64,000 nt of DNA from Octopus vulgaris (GCA_951406725.2 OX597815.1:203732001-203796000), one strand, 5' to 3'; shown: positions 41,541 through 55,931, counted from the first letter of the stretch. A program made the numbers and translations. The notes: generated by a model from the letters alone, not told the origin.

Positions 41541-42555
41541 TATTTATTTTCTTGATCTTATTCGATTAAATATTAAACAGTAAAACCATACTTGGTAATG
41601 CTAATGATCCTGTTGCTCTACATATTTATAGCTGTCTAAATTATATCATCAACTAATCGATATAACTGGATATTTTAATTATATTTAGATTCTGTGTGTG
41701 GAGTAAGTCTGATATGGAATACTTTAATCCGAAGACTGTTGGAGTATTGATGTGTTAAAATTTCATGATATCCTGTCGTCATTTTGATTCAGTCGAAGAG
41801 CAGTTTTTGATATTTTATAGAAGTCAGACGATTGCAATACCAAGAACATGGGTTCTTACCTATTTCTCTATCTGTGATCGCTTTGTTTACACATGCGTAT
41901 TTGTTTACGAAACCCCAAACTTTGCAGTGATGGCTATGAATTTTATAAAAAAATTTTAAACTTAAAAGTGAAAATAATTGCACTTCTAACATGCGGTAAG
42001 ACATAATAGTGACGTGTAAACTCGTAATATACTTAGTAGTACATTATGCCTGGAAACGAAATACTGTGGTCTTGCAAACAATTAATGTATACGTACGAGT
42101 TACTAGGAGTGTGATTTATATGCAAATTGGTCTATCCAATTATGCTACAAAGTAAAAACTAATATGTATTCAAGCAATGTATTTGTGGATATTTGATGAG
42201 TTAAATGAGAGTAATAACCTTTGAAATAGGCATAGATATTCATTACCTATTTGTTCTACATTCGATAACATTGTTTACATAGACGTAATTGTTTACGAAA
42301 CATCGTAACTAGCTGTGCTGGTTCTGAGTACTATAGAAATCCAAAGAGGCAATTTTAAAAGCAAGGACACCGAATGTTATGCTTTTCACAAGAAGGGGTT
42401 ATTTTTGACCTATTTCAATGTTTAGTTCCTTATTACGCAAAGCAAATAAAAGATGGTTCCTTATGCTTACTTATGTTTGGGGGTGAAAGCCCAAGTCCAA
42501 AATTTCTTACAAACAATGTCGATATTTCCAATCTGACTACCAAAGCAAACACAGG

Positions 42556-42690
<135 letters not shown>

Positions 42691-43050
42691 ATAGATGTGC
42701 TACACTGAATAACAAGAAGTTCTAAATGATAATACAAATGAATATGAGAGGTATAGAAAAAATAGCAAAGCACCAGGCCCTGGCCATTGAATTACAGAGA
42801 CTATAGAAAGTGCGGTTAAAATGTACCCCAGTAGTTATAGGTGCATTTGGAACTATTCCTAAACATCTGAACAGACGGATAGAGGAAATATGCATAAAAC
42901 CTAATTTAGTACAACTCCAGAGAACTGTTATTAGGTACGCTTAGGATACTTAAGAGGGTTCTTGGCATCTAAGCTTACTTGTTCTAGCCCGATGTTAGGA
43001 TGTCTTTCGTTTCCAATAGTCTAATCTGTTGTGTGTATATGAAAATAACA
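42691..43050 (+). mobile_element. Dong-like RLE 3' end, another subfamily, next to (TAA)n
   Basis: EKIAKHQALAIELQRL*KVRLKCTPVVIGAFGTIPKHL..I..ICIKPNLVQLQRT..GTLRILKRVLGI*. Confidence 0.8.
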
Positions 43051-43423
43051 ACACTTTCGAAAACAAATCTAATCTAATAACATCGGTGAAATGGGATAAA
43101 GGAACTTGTGGAAGACTTGAAGGAAGCGGCCTATTATCGAAAATAATCACAAAAGGAAATTTTACTGCCATACAAAGCACAGTTTCTCCCATGAAGGATG
43201 TCTCAGAGAAACATGTGGGAAAGACATGCGAAATCAACATCGGAAAGTTTACAAATTATAAAATATAAGTGGAACAAAACAATAAGTACGTAAATTGATT
43301 AATTACGCATACACTCGAATGTCTACACAATCATATATATATTTAATACCCATAGGACTACACATACATCCCAATGTTTACACAACTACGTGAAATTTAC
43401 AGGACATACATACACGCATTTGA

Positions 43424-43807
43424 GGAGGCGCAATGGCCCAGTGGTTAGGGCAGCGGACTCGCGGTCAGAGGATCGCGGTTTCGATTCCCAGACCGGGCGT
43501 TGTGAGTGTTTATTGAGCGAAAACACCTAAAGCTCCACGAGGCTCCGGCAGGGGATGGTGGTGGTCCCTGCTGTACTCTTTCACCACAACTTTCTCTCAC
43601 TCTTACTTCCTGTTTCTGTTGTACCTGTATTTCAAAGAGCCGGCCTTGTCACTCTCTGTGTCACGCTGAATATCCCCGAGAACTACGTTAAGAGTACACG
43701 TGTCTGTGGAGTGCTCAGCCACTTACACGTTAATTTCACGAGCAGGCTGTTCCGTTGATTCGGATCAACCGGAACCCTCATCGTCGTAACCGACGGAGTG
43801 CTTCCAC
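43424..43807 (+). mobile_element. tRNA-derived SINE family C, full length, 12-bp TSD
   Basis: A box tggcccagtgg, B box ggtttcgattcc. TSD acacgcatttga at 43412-43423 and 43808-43819. Confidence 0.92.
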
Positions 43808-44077
43808 ACACGCATTTGAAAACTCGTGTCACAAACGAAGCCAAAAAAAAAAATTAAATTTTTTTCATATTTTTAGAACTAACACAGACAGAGTGAAAAT
43901 TCATAAGTTTAAAAACACCACAAAAATCTATGCCCCGAGACAAATCTATCAACAAATCAAATACAGACGAATACAGATCTGTTAGCTTTAAGAAGCTCTG
44001 TTCAGACGACACGGAGGCGGTGTAATAATAGAGCAACGAAAATAAAACTTTGGAAACAGTAACGCCATCATAACTTA

Positions 44078-44366
44078 CGGGAAAAGCATGCTTTCAATGT
44101 AGATAATCAGAGAAAGACTTGAAAGTGAATGTAAGATCGTAATATTTCATGTAAAGTAAATATAACAAATAATCCAGAATCGTTGTCCGGTACCGGATCG
44201 ATCCCCAAATCAAATCAGTTGGTGCCAGTCACGAGGCCAAACATCCCTGAAAATTTCATCCGAATCCATCTAGCAGTTCTTGAGATATCTTGTCCACGGA
44301 CAGACAAACAAACAAACAAACACGACTGAGAACAATGCCACCACCATCGCTAAGGCGGAGGTAATA
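44078..44366 (-). mobile_element. Probable Helentron-associated (HINE/DINE-1-like) element
   Basis: Minus strand starts ttattacctccgcc..., then (gttt)n-gtctgtccg..gatatctcaag..cggatgaaatttt. Short palindrome aaagcatgcttt at the other end. Confidence 0.5.
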
Positions 44367-44392
44367 AGAATAACAATTATAATAATAACAAT

Positions 44393-44612
44393 GGATTCAA
44401 ATTTTGCCACAAGGGCAGAAATTTTAGGGGAGGAAATGAGTCGATTACATCGACACAATTGTTCAACTGGTGCTTATTTTATCACCCCCAAAGGATAAAG
44501 TCGAACTCAGGTAAAGTCGACCTCAGCGGAAATTGAACTCACAATGTAGCGACGGCCGAAATATCGCTAACCATTTCGTCCGGCGGGATAACAATTCTGG
44601 TAGCTCGCTGCC
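44393..44612 (-). mobile_element. SINE family B
   Basis: gtcgattacatcgac..caactggtgcttattttatc..aaagtcgacctcagcggaa. Confidence 0.8.
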
Positions 44613-44613
44613 T

Positions 44614-44783
<170 letters not shown>

Positions 44784-45050
44784 GGCACACACCAGAAAAG
44801 GTCACCATTCAAACTGACAGGAAGATAGATGCAAAAGGCCAGAGAAAGCAGACCATACTCTGACTGGATATCTGTCAGATACCAAAAACTGAGCAAGTAT
44901 AAAGATCTTGAAATAGAAATCAGATAGAAGAAAGGTGCCCTGGGAATGAAGACTGATTGCTACCTAACTCAACCAGAAACCCCAAAATGGCAGAAATTAT
45001 AGTGTTGCTCATATCTACGCAAAATACTCTTATGAAGTTTAAAACAAACT
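44784..45050 (+). mobile_element. Dong-like RLE end with many short deletions
   Basis: Collinear islands HTPEKVT / IQTDRKIDA / KLSKYKDLEIEI / GALGM / PKMAEI / LRKIL. Confidence 0.65.
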
Positions 45051-45139
45051 TTTTTGTTTATTTATTAAATTTTTTTTTATTAATTTAAAAAATAGACATT
45101 TTCAAATATATGGCACAGAACTTCCAATTGATGTACTTG

Positions 45140-45505
45140 GAGCCAATACATAAAGCGACAGATGACAATGTGTCTCATAAAATGAAATGGAGAAACTCTC
45201 AAAATACAAAGACCTGGAAATAGAGGTAACTAGAATGCGGAATCTAAAAACAGAAACAATTCCTATCATAGTAGGTGCATTAGGCATGATAAAAAAATAT
45301 TCCGACAAATACATAACAAAAACACCAGGACTTACAAACACATATCACATACAGAAAATTGCACTACTAGGCACTGCACACATCCTACGCAGAACACTTT
45401 CCATACAATAACCATCAGAGCATCACAACAAATCACAGCACATACCTAAGGCACACAGAGCTGCGCTCGGTAGTAAAGTGAAAGCACGCTATAAAAATAA
45501 AACTA

Positions 45506-45508
<3 letters not shown>
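45140..45508 (+). mobile_element. Dong-like RLE 3' end followed by long (TAA)n
   Basis: ORF 45187-45411 MEKLSKYKDLEIEVTRMRNLKTETIPIIVGALG...; paralog of 32166-32488. Confidence 0.85.
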
Positions 45509-45591
<83 letters not shown>

Positions 45592-45613
45592 GATCAACAA
45601 TAGCAACAATAAC

Positions 45614-45644
<31 letters not shown>

Positions 45645-46021
45645 CAATAATAATCATACAGACGATCATGGTGATGATTACGGCAATAATGTGAATAGAT
45701 ATATTTTTCAAATAAGATGTATTGAAACTAATGTAAAACCAAATATTATTAAAAAAAGTATCATTATGATAATGATTTTTAGTATTTTTTTTTCTTAAAA
45801 ATAATATTTTCGCACATAAACAACAATAGAAATAACAACAATAAAGATAACAATAATGATAATAATAAGTTTCATGGTAATGATAATAATCACAGTTATA
45901 ATCAGAACAGCAATTTAAGAAAAAAACACAACCGCAAAAATAGAAAAAAAAACTATCCTGTAAGATAATTGGTGTACCCTGAGTAGGAAAGATCGATATA
46001 TACACGCACATACAAATATAG

Positions 46022-46062
<41 letters not shown>

Positions 46063-46278
46063 CATACACATATGCATGTATGTATGTATGTATGTATGTA
46101 TGTATGTATGTATACATATGTGTGTAAATGTATAAGTATGTGTGAATATATACGCATGTATTTATATATGTACATTTATATACATATATACAAATCTTTC
46201 ATTTTTTCTCTCTCTCTGTATATATATATATAGATATATATATATATATGTATGTATGTGTGTGTGTGTATGTATGTA

Positions 46279-46336
<58 letters not shown>

Positions 46337-46472
46337 ATTCAGACAGAAACAATGTTGTTTATCTGATAACTGGTATTGACGTCAGTTGTACCAACAATAA
46401 GCCATTATGAGAAATTAACCGGAGCCGTTTAACCGAACCGCTAACCAGCCAATCAACCAGCACTTTGAGCGT

Positions 46473-46532
<60 letters not shown>

Positions 46533-46820
46533 TGTGTCTGTGTATGCATATGCATGTGAGTGTTCGCGTATTGGCAGAGCGTGTGCATGAGTTAGCTCAC
46601 CCCGCGTCGTCATGCGCATATATAAGGCACATATATATATATATATGCACATATATAGGCAAATATATAAATATACTTACACATGCACCCGCATGCGTAC
46701 ATACACACCTATTAAAGTAAACCTTCAAAAGGCAAATCAAAATATCTTAATGACTATCGATGTACGTGATGGACATGAATGCATAACATGTGGAATGGCG
46801 CTACAGCCGATATTTAACTT

Positions 46821-46830
46821 CATACATACA

Positions 46831-46864
<34 letters not shown>

Positions 46865-47208
46865 CATATACATACATACATACATACATACATACATACA
46901 TACATACATACATACATACATACATACATACATACGTACGTAGATACATACATACATATATACATATACATACATACATACATACATACATACATACATA
47001 CATACAAACATACATACAAACATACATACAAACATACATACATACATACATATATACATATACATACATACATACATATATACATACATACATACATACG
47101 TACGTAGATACATACATACATACATACATATATACATATACATACATACATATATACATATACATACATACATACATACATACATACGTACGTAGATACA
47201 TACATACA

Positions 47209-47242
<34 letters not shown>

Positions 47243-47530
47243 CATATACATACATACATACATATATACATATACATACATACACACATACATACATACA
47301 TACATACATACGTACGTAGATACATACATACATACATACATTCATACATACATACATACTTACATACATTCATACATACATACATACAAATATACATACA
47401 TACATACATACATACATACATACATACATACATACATACATTCATACATACATTCATACATACATACATACATACAAACATACATACATTCAAACATACA
47501 TACATACATACATACATACATACATACATT

Positions 47531-47562
<32 letters not shown>

Positions 47563-47890
47563 CATACATACATACATACATACATACATACATTCATACA
47601 TACATTCATACATACATACATACATACAAACATACATACATTCAAACATACATACATACATACATACATTCATACATACATACATACAAATATACATACA
47701 TACATACGTACATACATAAATACATACATACATACATACATACATAAATACATACATAAATACATACATAAATACATACATACATACATACATACATAAA
47801 TACATACATACATACATGCATACATTCATACATACATACATACATACATACATACATACATACATACAAACATACATGCATGCATACATG
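46821..47890. repeat. ~1-kb compound (CATA)n array with higher-order variants
   Basis: Recurring variant units cgtacgtagata, cattcata, caaacata and taaata. Confidence 0.95.
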
Positions 47891-48152
47891 CATAATACAT
47901 ATGTATGCGTACATATATGTATTTATAAATATACATATGCGTGTGTGTTTGTATGTATGTACGCTCGTGTGTATACATTTAAAAAACTCAGATGTAAAAA
48001 AATAATCCATTTCAAAAATATTATGAAGCTTCCGTCTTTCATAACATTTTGAAGAGATGTAAAAATAAACACCCAACCTTTAACAACAGAAAGTCTGAAA
48101 CGGAGTTTTCAGATCCGTCCCCAGGGTGGTTAAGTTAATCTCTTTGCTTCAG

Positions 48153-48180
48153 ATGTGACATGTGGCAGAGGCCTGTATCG
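48153..48180 (+). other. Candidate 28-nt micro-exon
   Basis: gttaatctctttgcttcAG|atgtgacatgtggcagaggcctgtatcg|GTAAGT. Confidence 0.3.
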
Positions 48181-48629
48181 GTAAGTGACTCATAGTAACG
48201 ACTATGTTTATAAGGTAAATAATCCAGGGTGTCCACAACTTAATTATAATTGCTGTAATTATTAATTACACCTTGCGAAACTTATTTATCATTGAAAGCA
48301 TTATATATTATGAAAGCATTATATATTAAAACCATATGGAAAATAAGTAAGGAGAACAATCAAAGGCACAACCAGAAACCAAATTGGTAGATGAAATATA
48401 AAAACTAAAAAGTATACACTCAAGTAACACATAGACATATCTTCATGTAATATATGTTAGGCAATGGTGAATAACAGTAATCTTGGTGCTGCAAAACACA
48501 TACACACACTCACACAGGTCATGATGATTTTATGTACTCATTCATAGCCAGGAAACTTGACATCCCTTCCCTTATTTCCAGGGCCTCTTCAGCATGACCA
48601 AATAGTTAAGCACTCTATTTAGATTGAAC

Positions 48630-48890
48630 TGGCACTCCATAATTTACGAGTGTTCCAGTTGATCCAATAAACGGAACAGCCTTCTCGCGTAATTAACGTA
48701 CCAGTGGCTGAGTACTCAACAGATATGCGCACCCTTAACGTAGTTCTCAAGGAGATTCAGCGTGGCACAGAATGTGACAAGGCTGGCTCTTTGAATTAGA
48801 GATGCTGCCTATTTTTTTCCATCTGAGTGGACTGGAGCAAGGATCGTGAGCCGAATACCCCTAACCACAATGCCACATTCCTTCACAATT
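48630..48890 (-). mobile_element. Older SINE family C relative
   Basis: aacggaacagcct..aattaacgt..gtggctgagtactc..cccttaacgtagttctc..gattcagcgtg.cacaga. Confidence 0.7.
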
Positions 48891-50079
48891 CATTATATAA
48901 AGAGGACTAAAGAATCTCAGGTTGTTTGACTGTCCTGATAAATGCATTTCGATTGACTTCTTATATGCTGATAGATAAATCTTTGAATTCTTTTCTGAAT
49001 TCCAAAATGCTGTGAATGAAGATTGTATATATTATTTGACTCCAGTCTGTATGCATGGGATTTATCACCGAAGAATTCAGAAACATTTGACTACTACAGG
49101 GGCAATACATCTATGTGAGGTTTACCATTTTTCCACTTTTGTTCGTTAATTAAACATAAATTTGAAATCGTGTTCTACGACGATTACACCTTTCAGGTTA
49201 TAGAGAATGTGTCATTTATATGCTCAATTTCAAATATTCAGGCAACAAGTGCAGAAGCAACCTAAAATTATGGTAAACTGTTCAGCCATACTCACCCAGA
49301 TAACAAAGTTTTAATGTCGCCAAATAAAGCGGGTAATCACATTTCTTTTAAAACATACAGATGATAAAAATACATAATCAATTGTCCATTAACTATACAT
49401 TAATGCAAAGTTGACTTTTTGTAACCAGTTGAGCAGTTTATGTTAATTCATATATGGAGCATACTAGTGTAAAGTTCTGGTGCAAAATACAGGGGGTAAT
49501 TAGGATTTTTAATGTGTAATTGATGAAAACCCACGTTAACGGCACATTAAGTATACGTTGATGCGTTGTTAACATTACTGATTTCATGATCTTTTATATA
49601 CTAAAGTGATACTTTTCATCTGAAGGTTTCTGAGTCCGTTCAACAACCAATTTTAAGTATGCAATTAATGATATCTCAAGTAAAGAAATGGTGTCACCAG
49701 GTCAGTTTTGTAATAAGGCTTCCCAGTCTTACGACGAAAATCCTATCTAATATTTTATGAGCAGCTGCATTACAGAGATTTAATAGTCATTATATAAGTC
49801 TTATATAAACCATGCAAAAAGGCTCCAGGTTTTCTTCCTAATTTTATAGTTATTTAGTTATCACTGAACAAAATGTATGAGAGTACAGAATAATACTATT
49901 TATACATGAAAAACCTGGCTCTTTTTATGTGAATTTGCTATTGACAATAGCATAAAATGATGAACATTGACAAGTATTTTTTATATATATATATTTTGTT
50001 TCCAGCTATAGTTTTATTTTAATCCTTGTATTTTACAGCCGATAGCAATGATCCTTAAAAATAAATGCTTTAAACCCTT

Positions 50080-51010
50080 CATCATAAGATTCGGCAGTCT
50101 CCTTATTACGTTTTGACAATCTGAAAATTTGCATAGCTTTGTGCATTCTGCTCCAAGTTTGCTACAAAATGACGCTATAAAAGTTTAAACTTTCATGTTT
50201 AACTTATTTACATTGGGCTTTCTAGCAAGAGTAGTTGGTGAAGTCCAGAATGTCACCTAGGCCGTTGCAAGGTTACACCAATCAATCTGAAGACCTCTGA
50301 GATGATCAAGTTCCTCCATAATTCATTCTGCTTCATTTAGGCAAGGAATGTCTAGTATTTATTGCAAACGACTGCGCAATACACTTCCTCGATAATTAAC
50401 ACGTCTTATATAGAGAATAAGTTTTTCGGAGTATCAGCTGCTAAGCCTTCTCGTACTCTACAAGGAAGTTTTTGTTTGAAGGAGGAGACTGCTCCATGTG
50501 TACCTAGTCGGCATACATTACACTGAGCGATAGTTCTATCTGATGCTTCTTCCCAACAATACATATAAAAAACAAGTTGACTATCAGGTAAGACGAACGA
50601 TATACTAAGATCATCGAAGACAAATATGTAGTACTCCTGCTGGATAACTAATTCGAATGTCCTGGTCTTTCCTTTCCCAAAGATTTGATGTCAAGAGTGT
50701 CATCACCATGACCGTCAGTAGAAAAACGTAAGTGCTGAAAACTGTGGAATTCTATGTTGATAATGAGCAGAGGAATTTTAGTTGACATTTCATAACTCAC
50801 TATCTTCTGTTGCATCACCCTGCAGTAAACCTGGAACGGTGTGAATAGAGTTATGTAACTTCTCATATACTCTTTAGTAAAACCGATCTGGGTGACAATT
50901 GTACTTACTGTTTGCAGGCAAATGTAACAGAGTGTCGTTTTCATGACTACAATGGCAAGCTATTACAGGGACTGCCTTCACCAATCTATAGCCCAATGTA
51001 CTAGTGTTAC
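50080..51010 (-). mobile_element. Decayed Academ-type DNA transposon ORF (XPG/PIN-like nuclease + CXC zinc finger)
   Basis: Ordered motifs on the minus strand: HCSHENDTLLH; VCRL; LYIRRVNY...LQ.ILDIP...LQIDW; FCSKLGAECTKLCKFSDCQN. Confidence 0.55.
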
Positions 51011-51651
51011 CTACTAAACTGCTAAGTACTCTTTTGTTAGACACAAAAAAATTATTAAAAAAATTTTTATTTGATGTTTTTCTTTCTTTTTTACAATGCA
51101 GTTGTATCATCCTATTTTATTCAAACACACCTTTACTTCACGGCTCAAGTTCAAATTTAAGTGACTGAAGGTCGTCATGCAGTGCTGACTCACTGTTCAG
51201 CTAGTGCAGCTGAATGACAGATATACCATGGTTACGGTATTGATTTTGTTAACAAAAGTATGTTTATGATCATTAAATGCATGTTTATCAAAATATAATG
51301 CTTATGATAAGCTCATAACCTGTGTACCCACCTGGAGTTAAATTGTTCTTGCCTCTCTTCCTATTTTGCTGAAATTACAAAAAAAAAAAAAATAACAGTA
51401 GCAACTATAACGACAGCTATTACCGGTTTTGGCAATTGTCGGTTGCGCACGAATGCATAAAGCTACATCACGAAATCAATTCCTATCTTTAGTGTTGTCT
51501 CGTTGACAATGTAATTCTCTTTACAATCGAACTTAAAGTCTACATACTATTTCATGTAGTCATTGTAAAATGTGATAAAAGTAGCTGAAAGATGACAGCT
51601 TTTGCCGAATCAGTGTAACCCGGGGGTACAGATGTGTATAATCAGATATTT

Positions 51652-52165
51652 CTGAAACTTTACTCCCTCCAGCGTCGCCGTGAGCGGTACATCATTTGTA
51701 CGATGTGGAGAATATACCGCCAACTTTGCCCAAACGACCTAAACATTAGCTTCAAGGTTCATCCAAGTCTGGGACCACGGGCCATACGTCCCCTGCCCAA
51801 TTCAAGATCACAACACACATGTACGCTGCAATATAATTTCTTTTCCTCAACAGGCCCTGCCCTATTTAACAGTGTCCCGAGGGAGATCAAAGAGGAGAAG
51901 GATCCCATCAACTTTAAACGGAGTCTGGATAGATTCCTTCAGAAAATACCAGATAAGCCACCCATAATTGGATACAACTCACTCAACAAGAACTCACTAC
52001 TTGAACAAAACTTGATACAACTCACCCAACAAGAACTCACTACTTGAACAAAACTTGATTTAAACAGGATTCGAATAATCCTATCAGGTGGTGCTATTAA
52101 GTTAGACATGGCCTGGACCAATCTTTGGTCGAAACATATCTAAGTTTATCTAAGTTTATCAAGTA
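51652..52165 (+). mobile_element. CR1-like LINE 3' end
   Basis: LKLYSLQRRRERYIICTMWRI...GPALFNSVP..FKRSLDRFLQKIPDKP. Tail (tatctaagtt)n. 43-bp tandem duplication at 51971-52056. Confidence 0.85.
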
Positions 52166-52380
52166 GGACTAAGTTATTGCCAATTTGTTGTACGAAACAA
52201 CGACTTAGAATTGATTGATTAGCAGCCTATTACACACATCTTGATTACCAGTAACAAAATCAACGAGGGAGCGTTTACCTATTTGCTTGACCTGCTTAAA
52301 ATACACCAAGCAGATATCCCTCATCGACTTAAATAAAGAAAGGATGCACTCATTAGATAATGTAGTCTTAAATATCCTTA

Positions 52381-52792
52381 GGCGCAGGAGTGGCTGTGTT
52401 GTAAGTAGCTTGCTAACCAACACATGGTTCCGGGTTCAGTCCCACTGCATGGCATCTTGGGCAAGTGTCTTCTGCTATAGCCCCGGGCCGACCAGTGCCT
52501 TGTGAGTGGATTTGGTAGACGGAAACTGAAAGAAGCCTGTCGTATATATGTATATATATGTGTGTGTGTGTGTGTTTGTGTGTCTGTGTTTGTCCCCCTA
52601 GCATTGCTTGACAACCGATGCTGGTGTATTTACGTCCCCGTCACTTAGCGGTTCGGCAAAAGAGACCGATAGAATAAGTACTGGACTTACAAAGAATAAG
52701 TTCCGGGGTCGATTTGCTCGACTAAAGGCGGTGCTCCAGCATGGCCGCAGTCAAATGACTGAAACAAGTGAAAGAGTAAAAGAGTAAAAGAG
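52381..52792 (+). mobile_element. SINE family A, full length
   Basis: Near-identical to other A copies; (gtaaaaga)n tail. Confidence 0.92.
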
Positions 52793-55089
52793 AGATTACA
52801 TAGCCACGAATGGAATACCTGTAGGTTATATGTTTGCTTAATCAACGTTAATTTTGAGATAAAACAAAAATAACAGCCACAACACAAGTGAATGAGTCAC
52901 TTTTCGATTCTCGCCAGAGGTGTGGTTGATATTTTATCCCAACGTAACTACTATTTAAAATGTAAAATAACATTAGACATATCGGGTCAACAAAGGAAAT
53001 CTTTGCATGATCATGCTGTCTGCAAGATATAGTAGCCCGAGCTGATTTACAATTATCTCATAATACCGTCTTAAATAAAATACTCTATACATAATGTATT
53101 GCTAAATTATCCCATAGAAAAAAGTAGGACGAACCCGGATGAACTGTTTTTGATCACATGTCAATTTGATCAGAGTTGTCTTGAATCTAAGCAACAACAA
53201 TAGTAACAACAATATCAAGACTGAGTTAAATATGATTCATAAAGTCCGCATTGATAGATTATTGGCAATCAAGCAAATGATAGGAGAATCATATCACATT
53301 AATCAATCAAAATCCATAGATTTTGGAGGCTGTATTTGCACAACAGACTAATCGAGTTTCGCTGGGCTGTTTCTTTTAGTAGATAACCTCGTAGTTCTTA
53401 TTGCCTCACTATGCATCATTTGTTGTCTTTCCTGTGAAATGTTTTCGTATTTTTTGATAAGTTTTATTTTCAATCATGCATTGCGTACACATTCTCACCT
53501 AGTCGACTGTGTGGATTTGACCGTTTTAGTAATCCAGTACCCTGCTATGACACAGGTTATGTTACGTACTACAAACAGGTAGAGTAACAAATAGAGAAGT
53601 TAGACTGTTGGCCTAACATTGTATTTGTCCTTGGTTAAGAAAATTTAGTCGCAAATAGTCGTCATGTTGCTAAGAAACAAGATACCAAATATACTGCCAA
53701 GAGGTCATTCGAACAATATAAGTTAGCAGCACGAAATATCAAGTGGACTACGTTTGTGTAGGTGTTGTCTCGTTTTAAATAAATTCGTTTGAAACGTAAA
53801 GTTTGAAACATAAAGCAGGTCGGTCACGCATAGAACATCCCTGGTCGTAGTTATCATATATGAGCGCATACAAGTTACTAAACAGCAAAATACTTGAGCA
53901 TGTCAATAAAGGAGCCATAATATAGTCGTTCTTCTTCCTACAATTAAGTCACTTAGGTAACGCCCAAATCTCGTGAAGTACACATTGAATAATGTAACTC
54001 TCAGTACATACGATTAAATAGGAGAAGAGATAATCCCGCATAAAACGCCACTAAATAAAGTTTTGTTTGAATACGGCTAATTGTTTGATTAAACACCAAG
54101 GTAAAAGTGCTACTTTCTTAAAAAGAAAGCGGGAATGACGATTTTCATACCACGATCCCAGATATGTCTTAGCAAAATTTAATAGTATGGTCGAAAGGCT
54201 GCCCTGGAGTTCAGCAACAATAACAATAAAGTTATCTCTAAAAAATAACCATATTCCTTTTGAGAGACAGATAATATATATATATATATATATATTTATT
54301 TATTTGTGTGTGTGTGTCTTCTTGGATCTCGGGCATCTTACATCCGATTGCGCTCAAATTTGATATGTAGATACCGAGTGTATCAGGGCGTGTTATAAGT
54401 CTTGAAAAAAATTATGAAAATAGATTCCAGATGAGAATGCGATCGATAAATCCGTGGGAACGTGCATTTGTACGCGCAAGTACATCAGGAATGTGGCTTA
54501 CAAGGCTGCGCTCCACTAGCTTTTCCATGCCCTTGAACATCCCGGAAAGTAAGTTAGCTTAAAATTAGTTACTTAGTTCACTAGGTTGTTGCTTTTCATA
54601 AAAAAATCGCCCCAAGTTGATTTCCTACATGTTTTATCGGATAAACTTATTATTGTCCCAGGCACGTTCTCATAAATTCATCATGCTTTTCCATCTAGAT
54701 TTACTTCCAGCTAACCCATTTTCTTGCATCGTTTTTGTCCTGCTTTTCCTCCGTCAACCTGCACATAACTGTACCTTCCACTTTTTGTTCCTTTTGTACT
54801 GCATAAAGGCAGATTTCTTTCCTGCCAAGCTTACCGTTTAAACCATGTTTGTGTTCTCCCAGTCAACAGCCTTATGCTTACTTTAAACTCTTCAGTTGCA
54901 TATTTGTGTGAATAAAATCGTTTTTCTTTGGAATAGAAAAATAGTATATCTTTATTTCTTCTTTTTCAAGTGTCTCAAATTTAGGTTAAATCTGTTTCTC
55001 AAAGGGGAGGCCTATGGGACGCTCAAACAAGTTGTTTTGAGAAAATTTGGTTTAAATGTTTGACATCTCAGCACCGTCCATTGGACGGG

Positions 55090-55144
55090 GAGCGTTTTGC
55101 TCGTATACCACCCGTCTTCGTCTTCTGTTTTTTTCGTAAACTCT

Positions 55145-55148
<4 letters not shown>
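55090..55148 (+). mobile_element. Short 3' stub of Penelope-like family P2
   Basis: ccacccgtcttcgtcttctgttttttcgtaaactctccc then (TA)n; matches the ends at 56140 and 59677. Confidence 0.55.
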
Positions 55149-55217
<69 letters not shown>

Positions 55218-55428
55218 CATGTATGTATATCGATATAAATGCATACGTATGCATGTGTGTGTGTCTTGTGTAGATGTCTTAGAAAATTTGCTTGTTTCAG
55301 CCCATAGGTAGCGACCATGCTAGAGTATCACTATTGGCGGTCTACGCTTTTGCTAATTCTTATTCTTGAGCTGGCATTTAGTGAATTTACCCACCTTACT
55401 GTGAATACGCTGAACTGGAATTGTAGAC

Positions 55429-55728
55429 CAGGGGTTCTCAACCATTTTGTATCAATGAACTTCTTTGATTACTAATTTACTCTGGTCTGCTCCCGCAACT
55501 ATTCGACGTTTAAAAAATAAACGTATAGAAACTTCTTTCAAACTTAATATTTTGGTTTTCACACATTAGACTGTGTAAGTTGAACGATGTAAAATGTTAG
55601 ATAAAGTAGCCTGGCTGTTTTTTGCAATACATACCAATATATTATACATTGGAAGAAATATTATTGTGGATCCCCAAAATCTTATATGTACTATCAAGGG
55701 CCATGTGAACCTCGGTTGAGAACCACTG
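55429..55728. mobile_element. hAT (Charlie-like) MITE
   Basis: TIRs caggggttctcaacc / ggttgagaaccactg. 8-bp TSD ttgtagac / ttctagac. Confidence 0.85.
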
Positions 55729-55865
55729 TTCTAGACAATAGAGGGCGCAGTTGTTTATTAAAATCATTTGCATCCACGTTATGTAGGTCTTTTAAATTTT
55801 TCATACGCACATGCACGCACATATTATCCACCCTTTCAGATGTACCTGTATATTTATATACATAA

Positions 55866-55930
<65 letters not shown>

Positions 55931-55931
<1 letters not shown>

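Noticed and set aside
46612-47889. Long ORFs (up to 242 aa) of MYVC/HTYI repeats, and similar ORFs throughout the window
   Set aside because: Stop-free translations of CATA, TA, TG and TAA microsatellites, not genes.
48090-48134. Possible piggyBac-like end at TTAA with a small hairpin
   Set aside because: No matching opposite terminus found.
50480-50570. PHD-finger-like YCWEE...QCNVCRLGTHG
   Set aside because: Incomplete ligand set; better explained as part of the Academ-like relic.
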